A stretch of DNA of 61,289 bases, filler included, from Pirum gemmata (GCA_002812295.1; 19 parts of 19 records of this genome joined end to end with filler, not necessarily neighbours in it), one strand, 5' to 3'; shown: positions 10,464 to 23,062, counted from the first letter of the whole stretch. Program-made: numbers and translations. The notes: a model not told the origin generated them from the letters alone.

Positions 10464-10640
10464 AGTTAGGGTTAGGGTTAGGGGTTAGGGGTTAGGGATT
10501 AGGGTTAGGGATTAGGGTTAGGGTTAGGGTTAGGGTGAGGGTGAGGGTTAGGGTTTTAAGGTTAAGGTTAGGGGTAAGGTTAGGGTAAGGGTTAGGGTTA
10601 GGGTTAAGGCAGGGTTAGGGTTAAGGGGTTAGGGTTAGGG
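10464..10640. repeat. Interstitial (TTAGGG)n, degenerate
   Basis: Direct reading; preceded by a TAGCTA/TATCGATA patch. Confidence 0.95.
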
Positions 10641-10855
10641 CATTAAAAACGAAAAGGTAAAACATCAAACAATTTGAAGAGTTTTTCATTCTACTCTGCA
10701 TTTTTTTTTATATTTTTATATAGAAGGTCTAGCTAGACCCGTCTATAAAATAGGGTTGGGGAAGGAAAGTCATGAACCAAATATTGGATCTCAGCCTTCT
10801 GGAAGCTAGCTAAGCTCTTGAAAAAACTGAAAAAACAGAAAAAACTTGAAAACTG

Positions 10856-10919
<64 letters not shown>

Positions 10920-11299
10920 GAATATTATGACAGTAGTCACAGTACTTATGAGCTAGCTCTAGTAGCTACTACTAGCTAGAGACTATTACTCAACGTGCTC
11001 AGTTCTTATAGTGTTCTTATCCTGCTTTTCAGTTATTTTGTAGTCATAAGATATACAATAAAGAGTACCAAATTAATAAAATATAAATCCATTTCATTTA
11101 ATTTGGTATATTTTATATTATAAATAAACAACTAAATAAATATTCAGAATGACAAAATAAATGAAAAGTACAATAGCTAGCTAGAGATATCAATAGGTCT
11201 AGAGCTAGTAGCTAGTAGGGGTTAGAGCAGCCGACTCTTTATAGCTACTACTACTACTAGACAGTGAGATCACTGCTAAACCTAAGGCTTGTTAGCTAT

Positions 11300-11492
11300 A
11301 TTGTGTTTTTCAATCGTATTGCACAATTCAAAAACTGAAATAAACCTACCAAATTATAAACTATCAGACATGTTTTAATTAATTTGGTATTTTATACTTA
11401 ATGTTGTATTTTATAAACAAGTTCAATTATACACTTATTAAACAGTACCAAATTTTGAATAAGAGGGCAACTGTAATGAAATAGAGGATAGG
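11300..11492. repeat. Dispersed repeat family D (~190 bp)
   Basis: TTCAAAAACTGAAATAAAC...AAACTATCAGACA...TATAAA.AAGTTCAATTATA...CTGTAATGAAATAGA also near 14580, 27900, 48035 (reverse), 48345 and 54850. Confidence 0.8.
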
Positions 11493-11554
11493 TTGCTTGA
11501 GTTCTTTCAGCTCGACTTCAACTTCACACTATTTTACTTCACCAAGATTCACCA

Positions 11555-11767
11555 AGTAGGGGTGAGATGACGTCATTTTATTATTACCGAACAGCTGCCA
11601 GAACTTTTCCGATTTTATGGTTCTATTACTATTAATGTTAATGTTGTTGCTTTAATTGGTATGTACTATAATTAGATTTACTATTTTAAGCTATTTAAAT
11701 GCTGAACTAAGGTTGGCTCGATAAGCATCTGTTCGAAAAAAGTTCCAGTAGATATCTCACCCCTACT
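11555..11767. mobile_element. MITE family A (~215 bp, TIR AGTAGGGGTGAGAT, 8-bp TSD)
   Basis: AGTAGGGGTGAGAT...ATCTCACCCCTACT; flanks ATTCACCA/GTTCACTA (6/8 match). Partial copy at 9945-10017. Confidence 0.9.
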
Positions 11768-12449
11768 GTTCACTACCTTCTCCCCCGTAACAGGAATTTT
11801 AGCTGCAACAAAACTATTGGTTAAAAACAGGGGGGTTCAACAAAAATTTCTGGGCAAACTGGAAGGCCAGAATGGAGTTTCAAATTTGGTATTTGGTTGT
11901 ATGTAGACTACCATTATTTTTTTAGGGAACGGAGGCCGGAGGATTTCAGAAAAGAGCAAAATTAGCCAATTAAAATATTGATACTGATAATAATATAATA
12001 ACAATAGTATAACAATGGGAAGTTGGGAAGTTAGGAACAGCTGAACGGGAAATTTGGTGGGAACGTCGGGAAGTTTTTGAAGGCGCTAGGCGACCTAGCT
12101 AGCTAGCTAGCCCTGGGTCAATGACCTATCTGAGGCTATCTCAGGCTTCTCAGCCACCAAACTGGTGCACATATAAACGAATCATAGCTGGGATGAGATG
12201 TCTGTAGTTTACTACTTGATATAGTAATAGTATTAGCTCATATATCAATTTTTTACTTTATATAGTTAATTTAGTTACTAATTAAGATCTCCCAGCCTTA
12301 CTTTCACCTCTGTTTCAACCAAACCCAAACAGTCCCAAACCCCAGCCCGGTTTCGATGTATTATAAAATACATGGTTTCGAGCTTTGATGTCCCAAAAAA
12401 ATTATTATTACTGTATTATTATATTCATCGATATCGATTATTATTATTG

Positions 12450-12520
<71 letters not shown>

Positions 12521-12617
12521 GGGTTAGAGCTAGAGTTAGAGCTAGAGTTAGGGGTTAGGGTTAGAGCTACTACAGTTAGGGGTTAGGGGTTAGGGTTAAA
12601 AAAATAAAAATAATCAT

Positions 12618-12710
12618 CAGAATAATCAGAATAATCAGAATAATCAGAATAATCAGAATAATCAGAATAATCAGAATAATCAGAATAATCAGAATAATCA
12701 GAATAATCAG
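12618..12710. repeat. (AATAATCAG)n 9-bp tandem repeat
   Basis: About 10 perfect units running into the linker. Confidence 0.95.
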
Positions 12711-12810
12711 NNNNNNNNNNNNNNNNNNNNNNNNNNNNNNNNNNNNNNNNNNNNTTAATTAATTAANNNNNNNNNNNNNNNNNNNNNNNNNNNNNNNNNN
12801 NNNNNNNNNN

Positions 12811-12841
<31 letters not shown>

Positions 12842-13010
12842 GCCACTTGTACTACTACTACTTCTACTACTACTACTGGCCTTCACAATAAATATTGCCT
12901 AATATGTAATGATAATGAATTTTTTTAAAAAATAAAAGTATAAAAGCCTCAATTTTTTCCTAGAAAAAGTTTTTTAAAAAAATCATCCTTCTAAATTTTT
13001 AAAACAACAA

Positions 13011-13100
<90 letters not shown>

Positions 13101-13102
13101 NC

Positions 13103-13145
<43 letters not shown>

Positions 13146-13160
13146 GCAATAGCAACAACA

Positions 13161-13697
13161 ATGATTTCTTCAATTTCAAAAGTATTCTTTATTGCCGCAG
13201 TAGCAATGGTCAGCAACCAACGAGGCACAGAAGCAATCAGGTACGTCAACCGGTATCATCACTGCGATGGTACATATGCCCACCACACAACTCAACATAA
13301 TCGTGAACTTGCTCTTTGTCGTTCTAATTTATATTGTAGACACAATAAATGTGTTCCCTTTGATCAAGCTGTACTTACTGCTGAAGCAGGTCAAAGATGT
13401 GTCAATGTTTGGTTGCATCATGGTGACGTATTGTGCAATCCTCACCACGGTAATTACTGTGCGCCAAATAGCAGTGGCGACCGACACGGTTTCTGCCATG
13501 GCAGGGGCTCATCCCACTCTAGCGGTTCTGATCATGGGCACAGCGGTTCTGATCATGGGCACAGCGGTTCTGATCATGGGCACACCGGAGGTTGCGCTTA
13601 TAGCGGTGAAGATCCTTATTATCGTCATAATCATAAATGTTGCAGCGGACAGAAACCACATCATGATCCCAATGACAACAAAAGAATGATTTGTTAA
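13161..13697 (+). CDS. Small secreted Cys- and His-rich protein (178 aa), unknown family
   Basis: Intronless ORF with higher GC than its flanks; hydrophobic signal-like N-terminus (MISSISKVFFIAAVAMVS); 12 Cys; SGSDHGH x3; CAA-rich leader and AATAAA-rich 3' flank. Confidence 0.85.
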   Translation: MISSISKVFFIAAVAMVSNQRGTEAIRYVNRYHHCDGTYAHHTTQHNRELALCRSNLYCRHNKCVPFDQAVLTAEAGQRCVNVWLHHGDVLCNPHHGNYCAPNSSGDRHGFCHGRGSSHSSGSDHGHSGSDHGHSGSDHGHTGGCAYSGEDPYYRHNHKCCSGQKPHHDPNDNKRMIC

Positions 13698-13742
13698 TGA
13701 TTTATAAATAATTATAAACTAATTATTACATGTACATGTTAA

Positions 13743-13773
<31 letters not shown>

Positions 13774-14154
13774 ACAAATAAAATTAATAGATAAATGAAA
13801 ATGATAAAGTATTTGTTAGTATTATTAGCAACAATAATTGTAGTGATATATATACTATGTAATATTACAATAGTTTTTATTTCATGAAATGTAGACATTA
13901 TTTTTTAAAGTATCATATATATAATGCATATGCATATGACTTGCATAATGTATATTAATATTAATATTATATTACACGGATTTTTATAGTAGAAATATGT
14001 GAAGTGTTTACCGACACCAATTGTAAACCCGTTTACAAAATGGAGACAGACTAATCTGATAAAGTTTAAATTATATGGAAACATGATGGAAATAAAATTT
14101 AGTTAATTAAATATAATATTATATTATATAATAGAATAACAATTTTTTTTTTAA

Positions 14155-14356
14155 CCATAACCATAACCATAATTATAACCATAACCATAACCATAACCAT
14201 AACCATAACCATAACCATAACCATAACCATAACCATAGCTATAACTATAACTATAACCATAACTATAACCATAACTATAACCATAACGTTAACCATAACC
14301 ATAATCATAACCTAATCATAATCATAATCATAACAGTATCATAACCATAACCATAA
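14155..14356. repeat. (CCATAA)n microsatellite
   Basis: Direct reading; also at 52128-52157 and 53270-53403. Confidence 0.95.
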
Positions 14357-14922
14357 TTTTGTTTGTAGCCACAACTCCCTGACACTCTCAGACCAATTTC
14401 AAACTCCAAAGTCCTTGTAAGTTCTTTCTCACTTGATGTAGCGGCTTATTACGGATATTTAAATTTGTATGTTGTAAAGTTGTAAAGTATGTTTGCGAGA
14501 AGTCTATACTAGTTCGATACTCTACCGTCCTGCGGTAGCCTGCGGTAGACCGGTAGACAGTAGGGTATAGGTTTAATCGTGTTGTTCAAAAACTGAAATA
14601 AACGTAGACCCGGGTCTACCAAATTATTATTATTAATATGATTAACCTAACAGACATTTTTTAATTAATTTGGGGTGTATTTTATAAACAAGCTCAATTA
14701 TACAAAATTTAATAAACAGTACCAAATTAAAGATTGAGTAACTGCACACTTTTCTGGGCTTTGGTATGAAAGTAGTAGGCATACACTCTAACTCACTCTA
14801 GGTCTATGATAGCAAGCTAGTAGCTAGCTAACTAAGTCTAACCATGAGGTACTTAGACCTCATGCTCTAACCAACTATTAATTAAAATATCGATAATACA
14901 ATTATACAAGCGTGTTGAGTTG

Positions 14923-15210
14923 AAATAGTGTTTACAAATATAGAAATATGGGATTTGTGTACTAACTTTAGGCCAAAAGCTACTCAATATAGGTACCCTT
15001 AAACCACCTTAAACCTGTAAATTTTGAAGTTTAAAAAATGTTAATTTTTTATAAAACTATACTCAAATTAAATGCAAAAGAAAAACTGGGAAGGCAAATA
15101 CACAGGCAAATAGTGTTTACAAATATAAAAATATGGTATTTGTGTTCTAAATTTAGGCAAAAAGTTACTTAATATAGGTACCCTTGTAGCCTGTAAATTT
15201 TGAAGTTTTT
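14923..15210. repeat. About 100-bp direct repeat, 185 bp apart
   Basis: AAATAGTGTTTACAAATATA...AATATAGGTACCCTT...CCTGTAAATTTTGAAGTTT at ~14923 and ~15108. Confidence 0.85.
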
Positions 15211-16260
15211 TTTATAAAATGTATGTACCAATAGTGTCGCCACTTTATATACAATTTCTTTATTACTAATTACAAAAGTTTGGCAAAGAGTGAATTATGA
15301 AAATTCCAGAAATCAAACAAAACCCTCCAGAAATCAAAAAACTCCCTACAGCTATTAATTTAAAGACTTAAAATGCCTATCTGAAACTAAAGATCAGCTA
15401 CAATTGAACAAAACTCTTGAATGTTTATTCTTAATCTGGAGTGGTTAAAAGGGAATCTACAGGCTTTAACCTAACAACTACATAAACTACTTCCACACAG
15501 ACTGTATAATATAGAGGGCCTATTACTATTAGACACTTTTTAGACTTTTTAGATGTCATGTTTTTCAAGGTGTTCAACTACTGGTTCAAGTTTTTTTTTC
15601 CTTCATTTGGGGGGGGTGCTAGAGTCTAGCTAGGCAGTACTACTAGCTATCCGATAGTTCCTATGCTAGCTAGTAGCTAGCTAGGTCTAGCTAGCTAGAG
15701 ACTTTTAAATAATTTTTAAAATAAAAGAATTCAAATTCAATCATTAGGTCTATCGTGCTTTTCATAAAATATACTGTAAAGAGTACCAAATTAATATTAT
15801 ATAAATCCATTTAATTTAATTTGGTATATTATATTATATATTTATTAATTTAAAANNNNNNNNNNNNNNNNNNNNNNNNNNNNNNNNNNNNNNNNNNNNN
15901 NNNNNNNNNNNNNNNNNNNNNNNNNNNNNNNNNNNNNNNNNNNNNNNNNNNNNNNNNNNNNNNNNNNNNNNNNNNNNNNNNNNNNNNNNNNNNNNNNNNN
16001 NNNNNNNNNNNNTGTTGGAACTAATTTACAATACAGACTGAGTCTAAACTATGTAGTCTGATTTGTATATTATCATAAATTTAGTCTAACATAAATTTAT
16101 AATAGTTTACACATCAGAGCGTATGATATCGATGCTGAACTGGATGCTGAATGGGGTTTTTTTTTGTTACTAGCTAGCAGCTAATAGAGAGCGAGTTATA
16201 ATGATAATAATTATTATGTAACAGACTAATGTAGACTAATAGTTTTTACATCAGTCAACA

Positions 16261-16411
16261 ATAGACTTCTCCGAATTCTACCCCTAAAACTCGACTTTCT
16301 GCTTCTGCCTTCTGCCCCGAAAAGCTCGATTTCTGTCGAGCAGAATTTCTGGTCTGTTTGGTCTGTTTGGTCTGTTCTAACTAATTTTTCAAGTTTATTA
16401 ATAAATATATN

Positions 16412-16443
<32 letters not shown>

Positions 16444-16549
16444 TTTTTTTTTTTTTTTTTTTTTTTTCAAAAAATAAATTTTTGATCGAGTTAGAGACAT
16501 TTCTCGAAAAAGGCCAAATTCTGCCCGGGCAGAATTCGGAGAAGTCTAT
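16261..16549. mobile_element. 289-bp MITE, TIR ATAGACTTCTCCGAATTCT(A/G)CCC, perfect 8-bp TSD AGTCAACA
   Basis: 23-bp TIR with 1 mismatch; AGTCAACA at 16253-16260 and 16550-16557. Solo GAGAAGTCTAT ends near 14497 and 27421. Confidence 0.9.
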
Positions 16550-19500
16550 AGTCAACAATGTGACCACTCTCGTTGAGCGACTGATCCTATTGAGCGCTTG
16601 GTGCAGGTCTTCGTGCAAGTTTAACAAATTTTGCCAATGAAATTTATTTATAAAAAGGATTCCAAAAAAAAAAATATTTACAGAGCTATGTCTCCTCAGA
16701 GACCAGTCTACAGCCTACANNNNNNNNNNNNNNNNNNNNNNNNNNNNNNNNNNNNNNNNNNNNTTAATTAATTAANNNNNNNNNNNNNNNNNNNNNNNNN
16801 NNNNNNNNNNNNNNNNNNNTCAAATACCCCTACCTCTACCTACCCCTCGACGTTAATTTCCTGTCAAATACCGCCTACCTACCTACCCCTTGACGTGACG
16901 TATTATTTGAGCGCTCCCTCTAAACAAAGTCTAAACTCTAAACAGACTCTAAACCGCATAATGAAAAACATGGGGTAGATTAATTGTAGATTACAACTAA
17001 GTTAGTAGTAGTAGTAGTAGTCGACCTGTCGACGATACATTAGGATTTTTTATATAATAATAATATATAAATAAGATAAAAAGTTGAATCGTGTGTTGAC
17101 CAAAATGCTGCGATTAAATTTTCACTTCTAGACTACGGTACTCAAATACTTCAATTGATTTTTATTTTATCAACCATTTTTTTGGTTTGAATCCACCGTT
17201 TGATCATGAGACCTCACTAGTAGGAGTTCTCATAGTATGATAGATATTATTATTATTATTATTATTTTAAAATTAGTTTAGAAACACTATTGAATTTTTG
17301 ATTGTGTTTTTAGTAACTTTTTACTACTAATGTACTACGCTATTTAGCTATTGATCCACAGTTTTAAATTTAGTAAAAAATAATCATAGAATCTGATATT
17401 TTTAAATCATGCTTTACAATTGAAATATTGAACCTAGCTAGAGTTAACCCCATAGGCTGCAACCAGATTCTTGAAAACACTATTCTTGTAAACTATGCAA
17501 TTCTAATACGAGTTTGAGATTTCAAAATTTTGTTCGAGATGCGCAGTCAAAAGTTGAAGTTACCTAAACTATTAGAAAGTTTGGAAAAATGAAGCTGAAA
17601 CTTTGACAAATATCCATCAGTTGGCGGTTAACGTTGTGTTGTATGATCATATTACCTGTGATACTGCTGTGATCATCATGTAAGTTATATAATATTAAAG
17701 TTATGAATTCTAATAACACTAGTACTCTGATATCCATATAACAATAGTTATATAACAATCGTTTTCAGTTATTTTTTTGAAATTATTATTATCATATCGA
17801 TATCATAGTTCTCATGATAAATATATATACAATAATTAGTACTATCACTGTTATAAGTTTAAAAAATTGCCAAAGAAGCTGATACTGATTTTGAATCATA
17901 GAGTATCAAAGTCTACTTAGCTGTTTTTTTTTTATTACATTATGATAAAAAAAGACGGTCCTTTTCAGTTGTTTTGTCATAACAACAATAATAACAATAA
18001 TAACAATAATAACAATAACAACAATAACAACAATAACAACAATAACAACAATAACAACAATAACAACAATAACAACAATAACAACAANNNNNNNNNNNNN
18101 NNNNNNNNNNNNNNNNNNNNNNNNNNNNNNNNNNNNNNNNNNNNNNNNNNNNNNNNNNNNNNNNNNNNNNNNNNNNNNNNNNNNNNNNNNNNNNNNNNNN
18201 NNNNNNNNNNNNNNNNNNNNNNNNNNNNNNNNNNNNNNNNNNNNNNNNNNNNNNNNNNNNNNNNNNAAACAATAACAACAATAACAACAATAACAACAAT
18301 AACAACAATAACAACAATAACAACAATAACAACAATAACAACAATAACAACAATAACAACAATAACAACAATAACAATTATAACAACATTTTACTTAACA
18401 CTATAGCTAGTACTATAATAATTTTAACTATATATAACAACAACAGCAACAACAGCAACAACAACAATATAGCAAACGCAACAACAACAACAACAATATA
18501 ATTACCATATAACAACGTTAATTAACAATAACAACAATAACAACAATAACAACAATAACAACAATAATGACAATAACAACTAAAAACTAACAACAAACAA
18601 CAAACAACAACAAACAATAGAACCAACAACAACAACAACAACCACAACAACAACAACAACAACAGTAAACAACAACAGCAACAGTAAACAACAACAACAA
18701 CAGTAAACAACAACAACAACAACAAACAACAACAAACAACAACAAACAACAACAAACAAACAACAACAAACAACAACAAACAACAAAACAATCAAATTTT
18801 ACCAATTATAAAAATCTGTAGACCTATCATACTAGTGTTATCGTGTGCTTTTCAGTTATTTTGTCATAATAGAATACGCAAATAAATACCAAGTTAATTC
18901 TATATCAAATTTATTTGATACAATTTAATTAACTTGGCGTGTTTAATAATTTATAGTTCAATTTAAAATAACCACGTTTATAAACTTAAAAGTACCAAAT
19001 AAATAATCTAAGTGACAAAATAAAGGAAAAGCAGGATATAATATCGATAATAATGAACACCTGACAATATATTACTGTGGTAAACCTTCGAATTTCAAAT
19101 AATGTTCAAGATTTTCAACGAAAATCTAGATTAGGTGTATTAATACACGTTTTCAAACACTTAATGGGCGGACTCAAGAACTTAGTTTATAATTAACAAC
19201 GACAAGAATAACCTTGTGAGAGTATATTTGATAATATACCTTTCAGTAGTATGCTACCTTTTAACCATAATTAACTAAGCAACTACTGTCATTGTAAATA
19301 ATTAGCTTAAAATATTATATTTTATATTTTAAAAAAGATTAAATAATAATAAGAATAATAATATAATATTAGTAATATAATATCATAATAATTAAAAATA
19401 ATAAAAATGATAAAAAAACAATAATAAATTTTTTTTTTAGTAAAGAATATATAGGAACAAAAAGATAACGATTTTGGAGATACTCCCATTTGGGTTTTTA

Positions 19501-20241
19501 TGTGTCTGGAACTCGAGGTACATCTACCATATGAGCTCAAAAATTTGAAAAATCTCAAAATGCTCCAATTTTAATTAAAATACTACCGGATTTTGAGAAA
19601 TAAACTAAAAAAGTAAACTCTATTATGAGCCAATGGTAAGTTTTTAATAATAATTTGGCTAGTTAGGATTAAGATTTTTAGAAAAGAAATCTAAAAAAAA
19701 AAAAGATTTCTAGACTAGTCTGAGACTCTGATGGCTATCATAAATTCATAATAATCATAACTATATCATTATCATACAAAAAAAAAAGTTAAAATGTTTT
19801 TTAAAATATTTTCACATGTTAGGGTTAAAAGAGTGTTAAAAGGTTTAGAGGGGTTTAGGGTTATAGTTAGGTTATTGTTATTGTTATTGTTAGGGTTAGG
19901 GTTAGGGTTAGGGNNNNNNNNNNNNNNNNNNNNNNNNNNNNNNNNNNNNNNNNNNNNTTAATTAATTAANNNNNNNNNNNNNNNNNNNNNNNNNNNNNNN
20001 NNNNNNNNNNNNNATACCGAATTAAATAAAATGGATTTACATTGTATTAATTTGGTACTCTTTATTGTACATTTACCGAATATTACTATTAATTAACTAA
20101 CTAACACGATATTTTTTTTGGAGAAAAGTGTGTGTGTTACTCAGCCACTACTAGTATGGCCAATACTATTACTACCACTGCGTCTATTACTATATTACTA
20201 CCACAGATACTACTACTACCCACTATTGAAGCACTACACTA

Positions 20242-20272
<31 letters not shown>

Positions 20273-20335
20273 TATTAATACTACTACTACTGCTATTATT
20301 ATTATTATTATCATTACCACTATTACTACTACTAC

Positions 20336-20374
<39 letters not shown>

Positions 20375-20857
20375 TACTACTACTACTACTACTACTATTA
20401 CTATAGCTACTACTACTACTACTACTACTAAGTATAATACTTCTAACACTAGCGCGCTAGGATAATATTATCCTACTACTTATCACTACTATACTACTAA
20501 TACTACTACTAAACTACTACGTGATACCGCCAATACCTCTATTTCTACTACCATTACGTATAATACTAGTACTATATATATCAATAATATATTATATTAC
20601 CACTGATATATTAAAATACTACGCGTACTAATCAGACTTTGAGAACTGTTTTTAATCAACAAGAATGCTTAATTAAAACTTAATTCTAATTTTAATAATA
20701 TAAAAACTTATGTATTACAAATATTAAAAATATTATTATTATATATACATTGTCATAAAAGTAAAAATAGTTTTTAAAGGTAGGAGAAGTTCTATATTTA
20801 GTAATTTAATATTTTTTTGCTAAATATCGGTTTTCGAATTTAGTTTTTCACTTATTA

Positions 20858-21000
20858 GGGAGTGTTCAAATAATACGTGAAATGTCAAGGGGTAGGTAGG
20901 CTGTATTTGACCAGAAATTAACGTCGAGGGGTAGGTAGGTAGGGGTATTTGAAGCTGTATTTGACCTGAAGTTGGCGTTACGTAGTGTTTGAACGCTTCC
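20858..21000. mobile_element. PIF/Harbinger-like MITE (family G)
   Basis: GGGAGTGTTCAAATAATACGT...ACGTAGTGTTTGAACGCTTCC, preceded by TTA; reverse partial copy at 16820-16920. Confidence 0.7.
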
Positions 21001-22154
21001 TTTTAATTAAGACCTTAACCAGAGCGAAAGTTTCCAGCTTGATTTGCCGAAGCGACTCTGAATATTTATTTGGTGGGTTATAATATTTAAATTGATACTT
21101 TTAAGTAAATAAATATATAATATAATATACCAAATTAAATTAAATGGATCTATATAGTATTAATTTGATACTCTTTATTGTATATTTTATGATGACAAAA
21201 CAACTAAAAAGCAGGATAGCTAGTAGCAGTGAAAATTTAGCTCGGGAATCGAGCCGTCTTTCGGGAGCGGTGACTTTTTTTGCTCGTCGTAAAAAAAATA
21301 ATATATTATACAATTCGAATATATTTTAATGCACTCTTTCTGAAAATTTTAGTATCGAACAGAAATAAATTATGACGTCAAAAGTTACTTTTGTTTTGAT
21401 CGATTTTATTATTGTTATTATTTTTTTTGTTATAGAGACCGAGCCTGCCGTTTTTTTTGGGGGTGAACCACAACTTTTCTGTGTCAGAGGAAACACTATT
21501 TTGATTGGGGTTTAATTTCGGCAATTTTGGGGATATTTTTTTCGCTGTCACATGTTTTATAAATTAGCTATAAATGGTTAATTTTAAATTTTAAATTTTA
21601 AAACAATTAATTATATCCAATGTCCATCACATAAAGTCGATGTTTTGTGGATGTTTTGCCATATTAGCATATTTAATTTTTTCTAATCTATTTGAAAAAG
21701 TGGGTTTCCCTCAGGGAATTGCAGCAGGGAATTTTCTTTAAACATGACCAGAAAAAGTCCGGAAAATACTTTTATAAATATTAGTTTCATTTTTAAAATT
21801 CCCTGCAATGCATAATACAATATGGTTTGCAGTTTTACAAAAATTTAAAAATCCCTGCATAAATTTAAAATTCCTTAATTTTAAAAAAAGACTTTTTTAG
21901 AACTCTTTTTAGGGTTTTTTTTAGCTTTTTTTAGTTTATTTTATCAGAAATGGAAAAATTGGTAGTCTAGCTCAGAGCTCTACAGGTCTGGTCTACCAGG
22001 CCAGTCTTGCTTGTGTTAGGCTGGGGTCTGCAGACTAGTCTACTACTAATATTTAGTATTGATGTATTGATAGTTGGTTGATCAAATTTTATGATTTAAT
22101 TTTTATCAATCATTGTATAAATCCTGATAGATAGAACAACAAAAAATCAAAAAT

Positions 22155-23062
22155 TCAAAAAAATAAATTATTATTATTATTATTATTATTATCTTCTTCT
22201 GTATTAGTAGTTTCGGGTGCCATATTAATAGTAATATTAGAAGAATTAGCATTTTTAGTAGTATTAGCAACTTCAGTAGTATTAGCAACTTCAGTAGTAT
22301 TAGCAACTTCAGTAGTATTAGCAACTTCAGTAGAAATATTAGTATTATTAACATTTTTAGTGATAGTTTTAGTAGTTTTAGTAGAGTTATCAAAAGTTGC
22401 TGCTAGATTAGTAGTAATAGATAATTTACGAGCTTTTTCCAAAGCACCAGATTGTAAAAAAATGAAAGTTTCTCCTTTTTCATTCTCAACATTCTTGATC
22501 GTTTTTTGGTAAAGAATCTTTTCTTTTTGTGCTGCAAGAATAAGAGTTTTAAAAGAGCTAAAACCTCCGTAATTTCCATACTCTAAATAACAAGGTTCTA
22601 ACTGATATTGTTCCAAAACGGTATTAAACGATGGCCACTCCATAAAGGCATTTAGTTGTTGTTGCTGTTGTTGCTTTTTGTTTTTGCGTTGCTGTCTGGA
22701 CTGTTGACGTTTGAATTTACTTATAAGTTGTACTAATGGTTCAAAATAGTAAACTTTGGATATAAATAACGAATCCCCTTTCCCCGCTGTTAGATTAACT
22801 ATACGTTTACGTTCGGCTGCATAAAGATATTGATTCAAATGGGAACAACCTCCGTACGAAGATTTCAAATAGTTTTGGTTAAATAGAGAACCGGTGATCG
22901 GGAATTGGCTTTTCTTTTCACATGCCCTCAGTGCTTTCTCAAGAGGTTTATAATCTATAGCTAAAACTTCTTTTTCTTCACCAATATACAATGGAAGTGA
23001 TTCAGATAGGATACTGTTATTATTATTATTATCATTATTATTATCATTATTATTATCATTAT
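22155..23062 (-). CDS. 3' part of a gene with two LOTUS/OST-HTH-like segments and an NTTEVA repeat
   Basis: Frame is open from the contig edge (poly-N then SILSESLPLYIGEE). YGGCSHLNQYLYAAERKRIV and YGGFSSFKTLILAAQKEKIL are internally similar and resemble the LOTUS C-terminal helix; 18-bp repeat x4. Confidence 0.65.

Noticed and set aside
16264..16546. This MITE as the TA-TSD parent of the GAC/GTC footprints
   Set aside because: A perfect 8-bp TSD shows that ATA/TAT belong to the TIR, so it is not a TA-duplicating element.
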